Source: Octopus vulgaris (taxonomy: Eukaryota). Taken from it: 64,000 bases of DNA. The DNA lies in assembly GCA_951406725.2 (NCBI GenBank), contig OX597814.1, positions 222,394,001 to 222,458,000 of the forward strand, written 5' to 3'. Each line of letters starts with the position of its first letter. The stretch's first letter is position 1. Both the position numbers and the translations under genes were made by a program. A model generated the notes under the pieces. The model was not told the origin of the DNA. It made no database searches and was given only the letters and a program-made list of their open reading frames with translations. This document shows, piece after piece, positions 49,970 through 64,000 of the stretch.

Positions 49970-50628
49970 GCGTGCCTGTCTATGCATGTGTATGTATATA
50001 CATGTGTCTATCGGTCTGTGTGGTGGGGATATCACACAAACAAAGAAGAATGTTATCAAGCTGTGAGTAAGATTATGAGAGCAAGAAATAATTAAATTAA
50101 AAGTATAATATGAACTAGAATTAAATAAAATTCCAATATAGTTTCATGAGGTGTTTTGACGCCAAACTTTTGTATGATATTCCTATGGTATTTATGAACT
50201 TCATGTCATCAAAATATTTCTTCTTTAGATGATGTTACGTTAATAGAGTAACAGAAGTTCCACCAATAGCTACGTTTTAAAGCTTACAACAACAACAACA
50301 ACAAGAACAACAACATCAGTGATACTAATTTCGAAAATAAAATTAACACGACATATCATAATAACACGTGATGACGTCGTTAAAAATAATCACTAATATT
50401 AATATAAAGATTCTTTGGATAATTTTAAAGAGCATTGCGTAATAAAATATGCTTAACGAATAATGATTTCAAGAAGAGGAAGATGAAGAGGAATAAACTG
50501 AAGTAGAATGATGATGGTGGTTTCTTTTATAACTCCGCCGCCACCACCGCCTTCCCAACCACCAACAACAAAACAACAGCAGTAGCAGCAACAGCAGCAG
50601 TAATAGTAGTAGTAAGAATGATAATAAC

Positions 50629-50703
<75 letters not shown>

Positions 50704-51134
50704 CCATTACTAATGTAAATAAATTTCACCTCCTTTGCATGTTATGTTAAAAGATTTACTGTTTTCGAAATTAAGAATTAATTAAAAAAAATTATTTTTA
50801 CATTTTTCTTAGACGCCATCTGTCTGACAATTATGAAGTTGAGTGTGTAAGAGCATTTGAAGATTCATATATTTTAAAAGCCAAAGTTTTTAAGAATTTG
50901 AAAAACTGTATTCAAGTCTTCTGTATCACATTAATTTTTAAGACAAGAGGTATACGTTTTAGAACTTTTATATAATGACTGTGGGCAACAATAAAGTTGA
51001 AGTGCTTTTCTGGTTAAACATTAAGAGGTAATGACTTGTCAGTGCAGCCTCTATTTTAAAAAAGATTGCGAGTCACTAACAAGCCAGTACGACCGAACAG
51101 CTCTTATACCGCAATGGCTTCTTGCTTTGGCTAC

Positions 51135-51340
51135 CTATTTCTTTACTACTAAACACAGAGGGGGCAAACAAGGACAGACAAACGGATTAAATCGATTACA
51201 TCGACCCCAGTGCGTGACTGGTTCTTAATTTATCAACCCCGAAGGTTGAAAGGCAAAGTTGATCTCGGCGGAATTTGAACTCAGAACGTAACGGCAGACG
51301 AAATACGGCTACGCTCTTCTCCCGGTTTGCTAAGGTTTCT
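51135..51340 (-). mobile_element. SINE family A, tail type 2
   Basis: tatttctttactac..acaaacaaggacagacaaacggatt followed by the core. Confidence 0.8.
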
Positions 51341-51779
51341 GCCCTCAGTTGTTTTACTTTGACCCAGCAGAAATTAGAGTATATGACAGCTGTAGAGATT
51401 GAAACAAGGTCGCATCAGTCATCGGCTGGTGTTTGTTTTCAAATGATCAAACTAGAGAAGCAGGGAGCGAAGTACCTTGCTCAAGGCCACAACGTATCGC
51501 CTAGTCCTGAAATCGAAATCACAACATTGTGACTATGAGATCAATACTCTAAAAATTGAACCTTGTGCATTCAGTCCCATTAAATCTATGCAAAATTAAA
51601 AAAAATAGTCTAACCGTTTATGTTTTTACTTCTTTCAGTCAGAGGACTGTATCAATGGTTGGGTACCATCTTAAAGGCTCTCGTTCATGAAATCTATTCT
51701 AGTAGATATTTTGATAGTAGTTGCTTATTGTGATTGTCTTGTTTGCTATTTGCAAATACTATATTCGTGTATTCGAGAT

Positions 51780-51945
51780 ACGTTGTCTTCTCTCTATCAT
51801 TTTCTTTTTCATATACCCTTTCGTTGAAGAGCATATGCTCGAAACGTTAAAAACTTCTTCAAATTTTCCTGAGCTTCAACCTAATACGCCCTATTGTGTT
51901 TGCTGATTTTACCTCACCTTAGTGTTTTACATTTTTAAAGTATTT
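51780..51945 (+). mobile_element. Possible PLE terminal-repeat relic with a degenerate hammerhead-like motif
   Basis: cgttgaa-gagc[atat]gctc-gaaacgtta at ~51822-51849. Confidence 0.4.
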
Positions 51946-52130
51946 TTGTAACATATTTGCAAAGATGTAGACAAATCAAAATGCTTGTCAAAATCTTATA
52001 CACTATAGGAGAGAAATATGAGCGACATAGTCGTATACTTAAGAAGGTGGCACACCCTCAGCATAGTATAGTTTCTGGTTCAATCCCTTTCCAGCTGCCA
52101 AAGACCTTATGTGCAGAAACTGTGCGGAAT

Positions 52131-52192
<62 letters not shown>

Positions 52193-52949
52193 CATTTATA
52201 TATATATATATATATTTATGTGTGTGTGTATGTATTATACGTGTATGTGTACATATGTAATTGAATCATTTACAGTGTGTACGTCCAAGAATAGAATAGT
52301 AAAAGGGATCTTTGCTTAAGGGTTTTGATTGCAATATACCGTTTATGGTTGTAATAAATATATCTGACTAAATATTCTGCTCTTGCATATACATACACCA
52401 AATTGTTCAAAGTGTGTATAAAAACTGAATGAATTTCGATGGCAAAATAAAGTTTAATACTCCATTGCAATTTGGATATATGTGGATTCACACGGACTTC
52501 TAAACATTAACATTTTGGCTGTTTCAATGGAAATTACCCAAATTAATTAAATCTCTTTCTTTTTCTCTCTCCTCTCTATCTCTCTCTCTCTCTCTCTCTC
52601 AATATTATACATGTGTATCTGTGTGTGTGTATTTATGAGTGAGAGAACGGATACGTGCATGCGTGTCTCTAAATGTGTGTAAGTGTTAGGGTGTATTTCA
52701 CTGTGTGTATATGTGCTAATCAATGGATATCTTACGCCATTCTGCCTCTATTTATGGTAAAGTTAACTAATCATTGGTTGAAGATCGATTAAGACCGATA
52801 AATAAAGCATTAGAAGGGCTAGCAGGAATTAAATACTGCGATAAGAGGGTCGTCACTCTTGAATGTGGCACTCTAACATGGCTGCATTTGTGAGACTGTT
52901 TACATGCTTTACACATACACACACTCACACACACACTCACACACACACA

Positions 52950-52999
<50 letters not shown>

Positions 53000-55147
53000 G
53001 ACTGATTGTCTACAGGCTAAAACAAATGAGATGTTGCGGTAAATAATTTCGACTCTGAAATTATATTAAAAAACCGTAGTGTTTAAACAAATAAATTTTT
53101 AACACTAAGTTAGTCTTCAAACCTCATTTCATTATAGTAACGCGAAAGTTATCTTGAATTTATTAGTTTTGTTTCCATAAGCGAAGTCAGGTAGTTTATC
53201 AAACTGCAAAAATTAATGTGTATGCCATTTCGTGACTGCTAGGCTGAAATATGATCATATAAAGCAGCTGGTTTCAGAACGTAAGCAAAATATCTGAATA
53301 TTTAATTGAGACTTACATTCAAAAATTCTGTGATGCTCGTGATATGCATGATTGTGATGATGATGGTGATTATATCATCAACAGTGTCTTCGCTTCAATG
53401 TCAAGGTTGCATATTACGTTACACTTTATCTATTACATTAAAATAAAGCAATATTTCATATAGATAACGATTTATAATGTGGCATATTACATGGTTAGGA
53501 GATAATACTTTTGCTATGAATTTGTAAGCTACAATTATAGAGGATATATATATATATATCTTTTAAAGTCATATCTTAGTAAATAAATGCCGTACATATA
53601 CACATCCTTGCTATTATGTTAAAATTCTTACGTCAAAATTTGTCCAAATGCGTTTTTTTTTCGATATCTTCTCTTGCTTGCAGTAGCCGGTCCTTTTGGT
53701 CAAACTATCGTATCTCCAGCTGCTTCAGATGCCAAGATATCAAACGATTGTAGTACAGCTATGGTGAAACTATATTTTCGTTTTCTGGACTTACGACATT
53801 TTTGCATAATAGTAACGATACGATAGTAACGTACGCGGTCTCACTGATAAATTTAAGATGAATCGTAGTTGTTTTCATGGAGGTTTACTTATTTTAAACT
53901 GACTCTGCTATTCTTTCTTTAGCTTTAATTTCATTTAAGAATATATATGAAATGATAAAAATTTCCAGCGTTTCAGAATAAAAATTAAGAGAACCTCAAG
54001 GAATCGCTGACATTGTGCATCTCCAAATAGCAATACAAAATCTCCTAACAGTGAAATAAATATTATGCTGCAGGCAATAAAAGAAGGCAAAGGATTTTGT
54101 TCAGTATATTTACTAACACTAGAGAACATTCCGACGAGAAATTCTGCTCGGAATTTTAGATGTCTTCCGTTAACCTAACGACATAGAATTTATTTCTAAG
54201 TGCTAGTTGAATCTTTATATGCTGTTACCTTTATTTCTCCTGCCTAAGCGTTTACTATTTACTATTCCTTATTTCCATTTACTGATAACTTTACTGTTTT
54301 ATTACATTTTATTTTTATTTTCACTTCTCTACTAAATATCAAACGTAATTCAATTCTCAACAGAAGAACACGTATATATTTCTCTGAATGTTTTGTATTT
54401 AACTTCAATTTCGATTTTTATTTCCCGACTTTTTTTTTAGCTATGTGCTTTATAATTTTTTTTATATTTCAAAATAAAGAATGTTTTTACTTTCCGCATT
54501 CCTCATATTTTTTCAATGCAAACTGTATATTCCATTTGAAAACAGCATGAGTCAGTGAATGTATGATGAACTCTAAGTAATGAAGCATTTATTAATAGCT
54601 TATACGCAATAGAATCTAAATAACAATACTTTAGTTGATTTGTAAAGTATTTTACATGTTCTATAGTTGCAAGCGAAATCTGTTATTCACGAATGTATAT
54701 ATTAATGAATTGTTATATTTTCCATTTTCCTTATGTACCCTGATTGTATTTTCTGATATACCTTTCTTTAGTTCGTATTATATATTTTTGTATTACCGTA
54801 GTCACAAAAAAAAAATTGGCACTGTGCATACGTTTACATTGCGCAAAGAAATAAGGATTTTAATATTTTATCTAGTTAAATAGATATTTTAGCAGGGGAA
54901 GCAGGGTCAAAAATAGAGCTCAAGAGGAATTCGATTAAGTATAAAGTGCAGATTTGGTGAGCGAGGTGTTTTATGCGGGGATATATTGCATTTGGAATAA
55001 ATGGATCGTTGTAGGCTTCAATGTACTCAAGTGGAACTGGAGTTAATCAAGACATTGAATGTAACACAACAGTAATGTATGATCACTGATCACGGTAAAC
55101 CTCAGAACATTTAGACGTAGCAATTAGTTTAGTAAAGATAAACTTTA

Positions 55148-55247
<100 letters not shown>

Positions 55248-56049
55248 AATTATATTTGAGCAAAACATGTATAGCACTGGTGAGGATATCGATGCGTTCA
55301 TCAATCATAACATCCAAGTTAGTAATGATTGCATATATGTTGATCAGAATAGAAACATTTTAATATGAGTACACGATTTCTGCTTACTGTCAGTTCCAAT
55401 ATAATCTATTAAAGAATATTCCTAGAAATGTTGTCGATCCCAATTATATACTAAAAATCTTCAAAATCCATGAATAATTCTCCTATCGATACACATACAT
55501 TCACAAACACACATTCACAAACACACACACACACACACGCACACACACATACACACACACATATATATATATATATATAGACAAAAGAGGGTTGTATTTC
55601 CACGCAGGAAAAAATATAGCCATATTTGTTGTTGAAAATGCACCCAGATTCGAAAAACTTGTAATTGTTTTAAAATATATTTACATAAATACCAAACTAG
55701 TTTCAACAATAATTTTGTTTATGAATGGTAAAAATCTAGAATTAAAAATTAGAAAAACGTTTTTAAAAGTTTCAATGTTGACAAGTTCAAGTTTTCATAA
55801 CAGTCAATAATATAAAAACTGTGGATGAAATTGTTTAAATGTACAAATTTCTATAGTGTTAGTAGACGTCGACAAGAAATGAATATCATTAAAGGTTCAG
55901 TCATACTGAGTTAAGAGGGAGAAAAACAAGGGAGAAATGCAGAAATCACATTTTCTGTGATTCTATTTCTGTTGTGTGAAGGAACTTTCACTTGTAACTG
56001 TGTTCTTTTGGAATCCGGTGTATTTATAATTTTTTCCGCGAACAGATAT

Positions 56050-56720
56050 GATTTTTGATTCGTTAAAATACTGGTGACGTCTTGTTTTTCGGGTGGTCAA
56101 GATTGTCGTTCTGCTTGGCTGGCTTCCCTGTAGAGAACGGTCATCAGCCGTTCTAGTTGGTTGAATCTCTTAAAGGGCCATTTTGTTGTATTTGCTGAAG
56201 TTCGGTTTTGATCGGTGGTAAAATTTCATTGATGTAGAGATAGGTGATCTTAGCAACTGGTGTTTATAAAATGCCATTCGTCTAGAGTTAGGTGACGTCG
56301 GCAACTTATGTTTGTAGGCATCTGTTGTTTGTTGTGGTTTCGAAACCCGGCTGGGAGACTTGCTAAAGTTTTTAAAAATTGTCTGTTGCACCTGGTTGTT
56401 TTTTGTGGAGAAAGTAAGTCTTTATTCCTTTTTCTCTTTAGTATGTTTTCTTCTTTCTAAAGGATATTCAAATGTGGTTTATATTTTTTATTGAGTATGC
56501 TTTCCTTATTTAAACGGAATTGGATTGATATGTTTCTGGTGCATTGATAGAGAGGAAAGATTAGGTAGTTCGGGTTTATGTTTGCGGGGCATTGGTCTAG
56601 GACTTTGTTTACGGGAATATTCCTTATGAGTGGAACTCCTTTCAAAGTGTTGTGCTGCATCAGTTTTGAAGTTTGGATCCCATTAGGTACATCTATAGTA
56701 GTAGGATGGGTCGAAACGAC
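56050..56720 (-). mobile_element. Penelope-like element 3' relic (GIY-YIG endonuclease C-terminus plus terminal repeat)
   Basis: RNIPVNKVLDQCPANINPNYLIFPLYQCTRNISIQFRLNKESILNKKYKPHLN ends with the R..KE..I..xxPxLN motif of PLE endonucleases. A downstream CTGATGA..GAAG motif lies at ~56115-56148. Confidence 0.65.
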
Positions 56721-56790
56721 CGTTGTACAAAATAAGGATTAATACCAAAACCATCTTCTCGTTACTTTTATTATTATTATCTCAACTAAC

Positions 56791-57292
<502 letters not shown>

Positions 57293-57297
57293 TATTG

Positions 57298-57339
57298 AAA
57301 ATATGGAACGCTTCATGAATTTGCGTGTCATCCCTGCGC
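57298..57339 (-). pseudogene. U6: 5'-truncated U6 snRNA pseudogene (3'-terminal 42 nt)
   Basis: Minus strand GCGCAGGGATGACACGCAAATTCATGAAGCGTTCCATATTTT versus metazoan U6 GCGCAAGGATGACACGCAAATTCGTGAAGCGTTCCATATTTT, 40/42 identical (reference from memory). Confidence 0.92.
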
Positions 57340-57663
57340 GTAGATCCAACGGAAACATGCCCTACTATGGATGAGACCAGGTAGCCGAAACTGTCAGCGC
57401 TTTACTCAGCACTTCAACACACTAATCGATATATTCACATTAGTCTAAAAATATTACGTACACACACATACAGATACCCATGGAACTTGATTTCAAATGC
57501 CCTAGTGGGACTTAGGAAAAAAATGAAGTGTTAAAAAAAGTAATAATTTGAGAACCAGAAATTATATATCGGATTCGTGTGACAGAAAGTGTTAAGGCAA
57601 CAGTCAATCACATCTAATAAAAAAACAAATGTGGCTTCAAACGTGGAAAAGTTACAGAGGCAG

Positions 57664-57853
57664 TCAGTAATGCCAGGTATCTGTACGAATTGTGGAAGGT
57701 AATGTGTAGTACGGTCTTATAAAAATATCCAGACATTCCCTACAATCACCAATGCAGCCTGGAAGCGCTGGAGAAGTTAACACGGTGTAAAGTTGTAGAA
57801 ATCGGTGCTTTCTCATGTCGACAGCTGAAATAATCCAGGAGTGCAAGCTGTAT
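57664..57853 (-). CDS. Weak candidate terminal coding exon of an unidentified host gene
   Basis: Pyrimidine-rich run and ttcag acceptor, then YSLHSWIISAVDMRKHRFLQLYTVLTSPALPGCIGDCRECLDIFIRPYYTLPSTIRTDTWHY*. No family recognised. Confidence 0.25.
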
Positions 57854-60739
57854 CTGAACATTATAAACACGTACAAACACACATAGAAAGAGACGACACA
57901 CAAATGTACTCTTATAAATGCATGCACCATACACACACATACACACTTGTGTATATATGTGTATTATGTATAACTATTGCATATACACGCAGAATTAGAC
58001 ATGGAAACACACATTAATCATTACTTTTATCTTGAACACATTTCAACGTAATTTTCTATTTCATTGATTTTTCTGTTAATAGTGATTCTAAATCTGTATC
58101 GAGCATGATATTTTTAGATCAACATATTTTGACCCATAGAAATAAAATGAAATCTTTTTACAATCATAACTTGCAGTCATTTACGCAAATATCAGGGGAA
58201 TGAAGAATGTACAGAGGCATTTGGCGAGAGAAGATATATGCAAAATGTGTTGGCATACGTAACATGAAAACTAAATGCAGTTTCTGTTATTTATTCGATT
58301 AAAGATCTTGTCGAGTTTTTTCGGTTGTATACAGATCAGTATCTTCACATAGACTCTGCTATTTTCTTGCTTGTACTCGTTAACATCAAGGATTGTGCGC
58401 TCACATTTTAGGACACGTTTTGCTAGCAGCTATCATGATATTCCTTATGGTGACACATCGAAAATCATCACTTTTGTCGCCCACAAGACCACATTTTTTT
58501 AAAATAAGATTAAATCTCTCACATGGCAGTAAAATGTTTCTTTTTCTTGAGGAGAGTTCGATATCCTATACCTCCCTGGGACATATGGGATATATAGGAT
58601 GTATGGCACCGAAAAATTTCTATACATATTTGTGTATTACCCTTTCTACTCCCTTTACGTCATCAGTTTTCTAACCGTTTTCTTCAAGAGCACTCTACGC
58701 AAATTAATTCGACGTCATCTTCTCTCTCCAGGGAAGTCGTCTGTCTTGTTTCAGAAGGACTTGTTATGCTCTTTTTACGTCATTTGCACACGAGCCGGTT
58801 TTTGCACACCTCTTGCTGTAGTTTTTGTTCATGCTCCAACTAACAGCAAAGGGGATGCCGAATGTTAGTAAAATTTAAATGGTGATAGTACTGATATGTA
58901 CAATTTGATTTGTTTTCCTCCTGTTATCATATTATAATTAATGTAGTTGGCAGCAAGCTTAGCGAAAAACCTAATCAGTTGCTACTATATCATTCACCCT
59001 AACTATATGGACTTGCAAAATATATTCCAAGTTTACCTAAAATATATATAGATTTACTTGTATTTCCTAAATATTCAGTAATATATTTTCTGCTGTCATA
59101 AAAATATTTATGATGACATTAAACCGAATTCATGAGCATACAACTTATATGGATTATATGCGTGTGTATATGGGCATGTTTGCCTATGCATATATTTGTG
59201 TCTATTAGCGTATACAGATATGTGCTCGTGTGGTTGAAAAGAGAAAGACCTAAAAGCGTCAACATTTGCGGAAATAAAATATTAATTATGTGTGTATAAT
59301 AAAGACGAATAAAGAGTATGTATTCTAAGCAACATTATTTTAGTGCAGCAGGAAACTCAAATTTTTATTATCAAGGAAAGCTTTTGCAGTCGGAGACGAA
59401 TCAACGTATTATTTGCTTCGTATACTAAGTCACAAAAGTCTATTTAAATTTAAGCAGTTTCTTTCTTACCCTTTAATTTCTTCTTGGCAAAGACATTGCA
59501 ACGTACACATACATACATACATACATACATACGTACATACATACATACATACATACATACATACATACATACATACATACATACATACATACATACATAC
59601 CCTCATTGTTCATCTAAAAAATAAACTCTTGGGTGTTGAATATTATTTACATCATTTTAGAGAAGGTAAAAACAGTAAAAACATAAAAAAAGATCAGCAT
59701 TATGAGAAGTGGCATTGCACTTCATATATGTGTATATGAGAGTTCGTGTGCACACGTGTGTGTATCGGCAGTACAATATACATTTATATATATATATATA
59801 TATATATACGCAGAGCAAGAGAGAGAATGCGCACAATACTTGTGTATGTATGTTAGCATGGGAGAGTTGAAGAATGAACATATGTCGATCAGTAAGTATC
59901 CTTTCTTTACATGTTAAATACAAGGTCTCTCAATATGTATCCGAATATTTCGACCGCACTTGATGGAGCCACATCGAGAAAATTAATCAATAACGGATAG
60001 TAAGCGACATGCCACATAAATATATTTTCCTCGTTGCAAGTTGAATGTCATCCTTTCATGTGAATGAAAACCAGAAGAAGTAGCTCAACTTATCGACTCT
60101 TGAGAACAATGTGTACGTTACGTTAAGTGAAATGCTTTTAAGGCTTGGTTATAGCAACTCATTGATGAAACCATTCATAAATACATGCACATATATATAT
60201 ATAAGTATGTATGTGTGTGTGTGTATGTTTGCATTTGTATATGTGTGTATGTCTCCACTCTTAAGCCATCATCCATAAACAACAGCGTATGTGCACCCAC
60301 TTTGTCTCAATCCAAGCATGGCGATTTCCTTCTGTGTGTTGCTTTATCTTTGTATTACATATCTCCTTACTCTATTTAGCACATATTTCTTTCTAATTTT
60401 AGAATTTCACATTATCCCACTTCAAATCTCTCTCCTCTTATTTCGCCCGTTATTACAAAATGTCCAGCCTTTCTAGAAAATGCGATTTCATGCAAGTGTG
60501 ATTGGGTGATTGTTTGCACGTAAAGGTATTTAGATTTACGTGTGTATTTGTGTGAACATACATCTCTGACTCTCTGTTTATGCGACGATGCGTACGTGTA
60601 TAGTTTTGTGCTTCCATACTGATTTCAGAAATTCCAGATCGGATTTTTCCAGTACCCAATCTTCCAAGATTTCGAGCCTGACATGTGTTTCGTAAAAATA
60701 CATAAGAGAAAGGGACATGGACTATGAATTTTCCAGGCC

Positions 60740-61225
60740 CTCAAAGTTTAATACAACTAATATTCTGTTTAAAGTCAACAGCAGCAGGAAAAACATGTTG
60801 ATGGAGATGACTCCAGAGGTCTGGTGAGAAAGGACTGGTATAATAAATAATACGTGACTGAGGACGAACGATGCACCATATTGAGATGACAATTGGAAAG
60901 ACGAATGAGATAAAATACCTGAATAATGGAAGCATAAAACCAGGTCGTTCCGAAGTACAGAGCTTATTATAGTAGCGAAAGAAAAGACACCTTGACTATT
61001 AGAGCGTATCCGTTAAGAAAAATTTCGAGTGGTCGAGTGAATTTATTTTGGATGCAATCCAGGGTGTTTGATTGTTGTTAGAAGCAGAGACAAAACTTTT
61101 TTTCTGCCAAGAGAGTTGTAATCCAACGTATTAGTCTCACTTTGGCTATGTTGTGTGTCAGCAACTGATGGCGAACGAAATATATTATGGTTCTGAAGAG
61201 AAGCGCGAATAGGTAGGATACGGTC
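60740..61225 (-). mobile_element. Decayed L2/CR1-group LINE 3' end
   Basis: TLDYNS (cf. RPxLEYxS), FRYYNKLCTSE (cf. FYRYYxGxCSSE), LWSHLHQHVFPAAVDFKQNISCIKL (cf. LWNxLP..VFP..FK). Confidence 0.65.
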
Positions 61226-61354
61226 ATGCAGAGGAAGTGATTTCATCGACCGATTTTATCGGAGATAATGATGCACACAAAATAAAAAAATCAATGAAAA
61301 CACAGACCATATTATTCAAAGATAACCTGGCTCCATTTATCCCATTCATATTAT

Positions 61355-61565
61355 TTTCAGATTTTGGCTCAAGGACAGCAATTTCACCGAAGGTGGTTAG
61401 TCGATTGCAAATGACCCGAGTAATCAACTGGTACTTATTTTATAAACTTCGGAAGGTTGAACGGCAAATTCAATCTCGGCAGCATTTAAACTCAGAACGT
61501 AAATACGGACGAAATGCCGCTAAGCATTTTGTTCGGCATGCTAACGTTTCTGCCAGGTCGTTTCT
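61355..61565 (-). mobile_element. SINE family A, diverged
   Basis: actggtacttatt..aactcagaacgtaaa..gccgctaagcattt..gctaacgtttctgcca. Confidence 0.78.
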
Positions 61566-62433
61566 GCCTTACTATTCGCATTAATGTACATAATATTAAG
61601 CAAATGCTTTATTTGATATAAAAGAGGGAGAAGAACATTGAGATGTAAACTCTTGGGAATCAATGATACCAACAGTTGAATTGCAACAAATTCCCTAACA
61701 TAGGGACATAATTTATGACGCAAAACCAGTTCACAATACAACCACTTACAGCTGCATCGAAACAAAAGGAAAATCAGGAGTAATCGCCTCCCCCCCGCCA
61801 TCGCGTGTGTGTGTGTGTGCGTAATTATAAAGAAGTTACTGTATTAGATTATGTTAGATTATGTTAGTAGCAGTATGTCTGAATATAGTATTTTTTCTAA
61901 TTAATTTATCTGATACTGAAGCGAGAACATGCGCATTCCGTTTCGTCGGGCGTTTCTCTTGATGTCTTTTCAACGGAGGAAGTTTTAATAACATACTCAT
62001 TATTAACGCATGACAAAATATCTTTAATAACAGATTCATTATTGGCAGATAGCGTTGCAAATGTTTGATGAGAAAACCAGTAGATTTCCAGATTTGTGTA
62101 TATTTGTTTCCTCGCTAGATCAATAGCGTTTCAAAGCATTATTATACGTTGTATGAGAATATTTTATGTTGTGGTAACTATATTTTCAAATGACTTTTAT
62201 TTGTATTTCTGAATGCTCACGCTGCTTGTGCTATCTTTTTAGAATAACGATCCCGGATCCTGAAGGGAGATTGCCTCTCTTGCCAGTCATAAGTGGTTTC
62301 ATGTTGCTAACAGTTGTTTTGACTCTTTTTTCTAGCCATGCCGGTGCTTACCAGTACCCTTGGTCACCTTAGGTGACGTTTATAGTTCTATCTTTCGGTT
62401 GTGAATTTGAAAATTTCGAATAAGCCACCTTTA

Positions 62434-62474
<41 letters not shown>

Positions 62475-64000
62475 TCTAATGCTGTTTGCTACTCTTGAGA
62501 AAAATTCTCAAAAGACGACAGGCATTGTAACCACAACACTCATTTCCTGGCCCCACATGCGGAGGAACGGTGAGTGATTTATAGATTCTTAGTTGAAATT
62601 AATATCATTGTACCGCAAGAGGGATGACTCTGGAATTCTTTGCTTCTTTATAGTAAATCGATATCAAAACATGCATTGATTACGTACAACCCCGGCGTAA
62701 GGTAGTTTGTATTCAGTGATGTTTGCCGTTGGGAAAAAGTCTTACTTTAAGCAACAGTCATTTCTGTCAACCTCTAACGAAAGGGATTAGTTTATTTCTG
62801 TAGTGATTTCTTTCACCAATTGCTCCTGCAGGTTTGAATAAATTTTTATTGGTCGTAATTTTATATTAGAACGTTGCTCTCTATCATCATTTAACTACGT
62901 TTACTGCTTGATAGTTCAGGATCCTGAAAATATTTCCATCTTGTGTTATTTTCATTTTGCGTTGTTGCTTAATTCCTTGCTTCGTCACAAAACGTCTTTT
63001 AGGGTGTGATAATTATTGGGCAGACCTTTGAGTTTTATTCCCTGTCATTTACGATAATATTTTTCTAATTATGATCTTGAAAGTGTCCTTTTAAAAAATA
63101 CTGCCAAAATAATGTTTTAATTTGAGTGGCATATATTTTCAATACCTGAAGTTAAAATATTCTGCTGAAAAGGCCATTAGATGTCATCCAACACAGTATG
63201 TACCATTGAAACTCACATAAATATGTTGGAAAGCTACAAACGGACGATTTTATATAAAATCTCGCCTTGGACAAGACTGTTATCGGCAGAACCAGTTTCA
63301 AAATTTCAGCCTAGTTGCATCAAAACAAACACTGTTCGTGCATCAATAAATTATGCGGTGCACACATGCAAAAGTATATGGAGTGTGGGAAATACAAACC
63401 GCAAACGAGTTAGATGCTGAGAAAAAGGGAAGCTTGTAATTTATTTGTTTTAAGAGAAGCCGACCCTTTTGAACAAATTTACTACTAAACACTCCTATAA
63501 AATTTCATACTCAATCAGCTTTCTACATTTTATCTATTTTGAAGTTCAACAGAAATTCTGTCGTAAAATGTGTTAGTAAAGTAGAACTGAAATTAATATT
63601 CAAACTGATTAAGATATTTTATGACCATGTACCTTTGTAACGTTTACTTGAAGTACACAAATTAATTTTTAATTTGTTTCAATACATCAAATACTGATAT
63701 AAGAAATAAACTTTGGTTCAAATGGAGGTGGTGAATAAATTTATAACAGCCTAGCCTTTATCGCGAAATTTTGCATTCTAGATAAGAAGCAGCCTTTACA
63801 TATTATTTTTAATCACCATTTCCATATAAAGCTACTAACATATACATATCTATTGCTCAGAAATTACAGCTTAAAACAAACAAAAAAAAAAAAAAGAAAA
63901 GAAAAGAAAAGCAATGTTAACGTTACTATAGATAGAAATAACAGAAATATAGTTCTGGAATTAATATATAATAATGGTGTTTATATATATGAATATGTAA

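Noticed and set aside
58300-58900. Coding exon or transposase relic
   Set aside because: Higher-complexity sequence, but with stops in plausible frames and no recognisable motif.
61850-63500. Host exons near the window end
   Set aside because: Short frames lack paired splice signals and recognisable domains.

Overview
This is an AT-rich, microsatellite-dense, eukaryotic non-genic (intronic or intergenic) window. The repeat families suggest a coleoid cephalopod such as Octopus, which is an inference from remembered repeat families and not a database result. I cannot support any intact host gene; nearly all tracked ORFs are microsatellite read-throughs. The window contains: decayed CR1/L2-type LINE pieces; an internally deleted Helitron Rep/helicase relic and three HINE-like elements; a Tigger/pogo relic; two GG-ended MITEs with 8-bp TSDs and internal telomeric repeats; a young 5'-truncated Tx1/L1-type LINE inside a (TATC)n tract; Penelope-like (PLE) relics; a U6 fragment; and many tRNA-derived SINEs. 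The most notable observations are: (1) three fold-back elements carrying outward-pointing minimal hammerhead-ribozyme-like motifs in both arms, the clearest being a ~440-bp near-perfect palindrome at 29.2-29.7 kb; (2) a SINE tail that matches the 3' end of the Tx1-like LINE and forms head-less concatemers with the same hairpin junction at several loci; (3) a 2.2-kb variant (GGT)n array continuing from the Thr codons of the probable ORF1 start of that LINE, inside a multi-template patchwork; (4) a U6 3' fragment joined to a SINE head.
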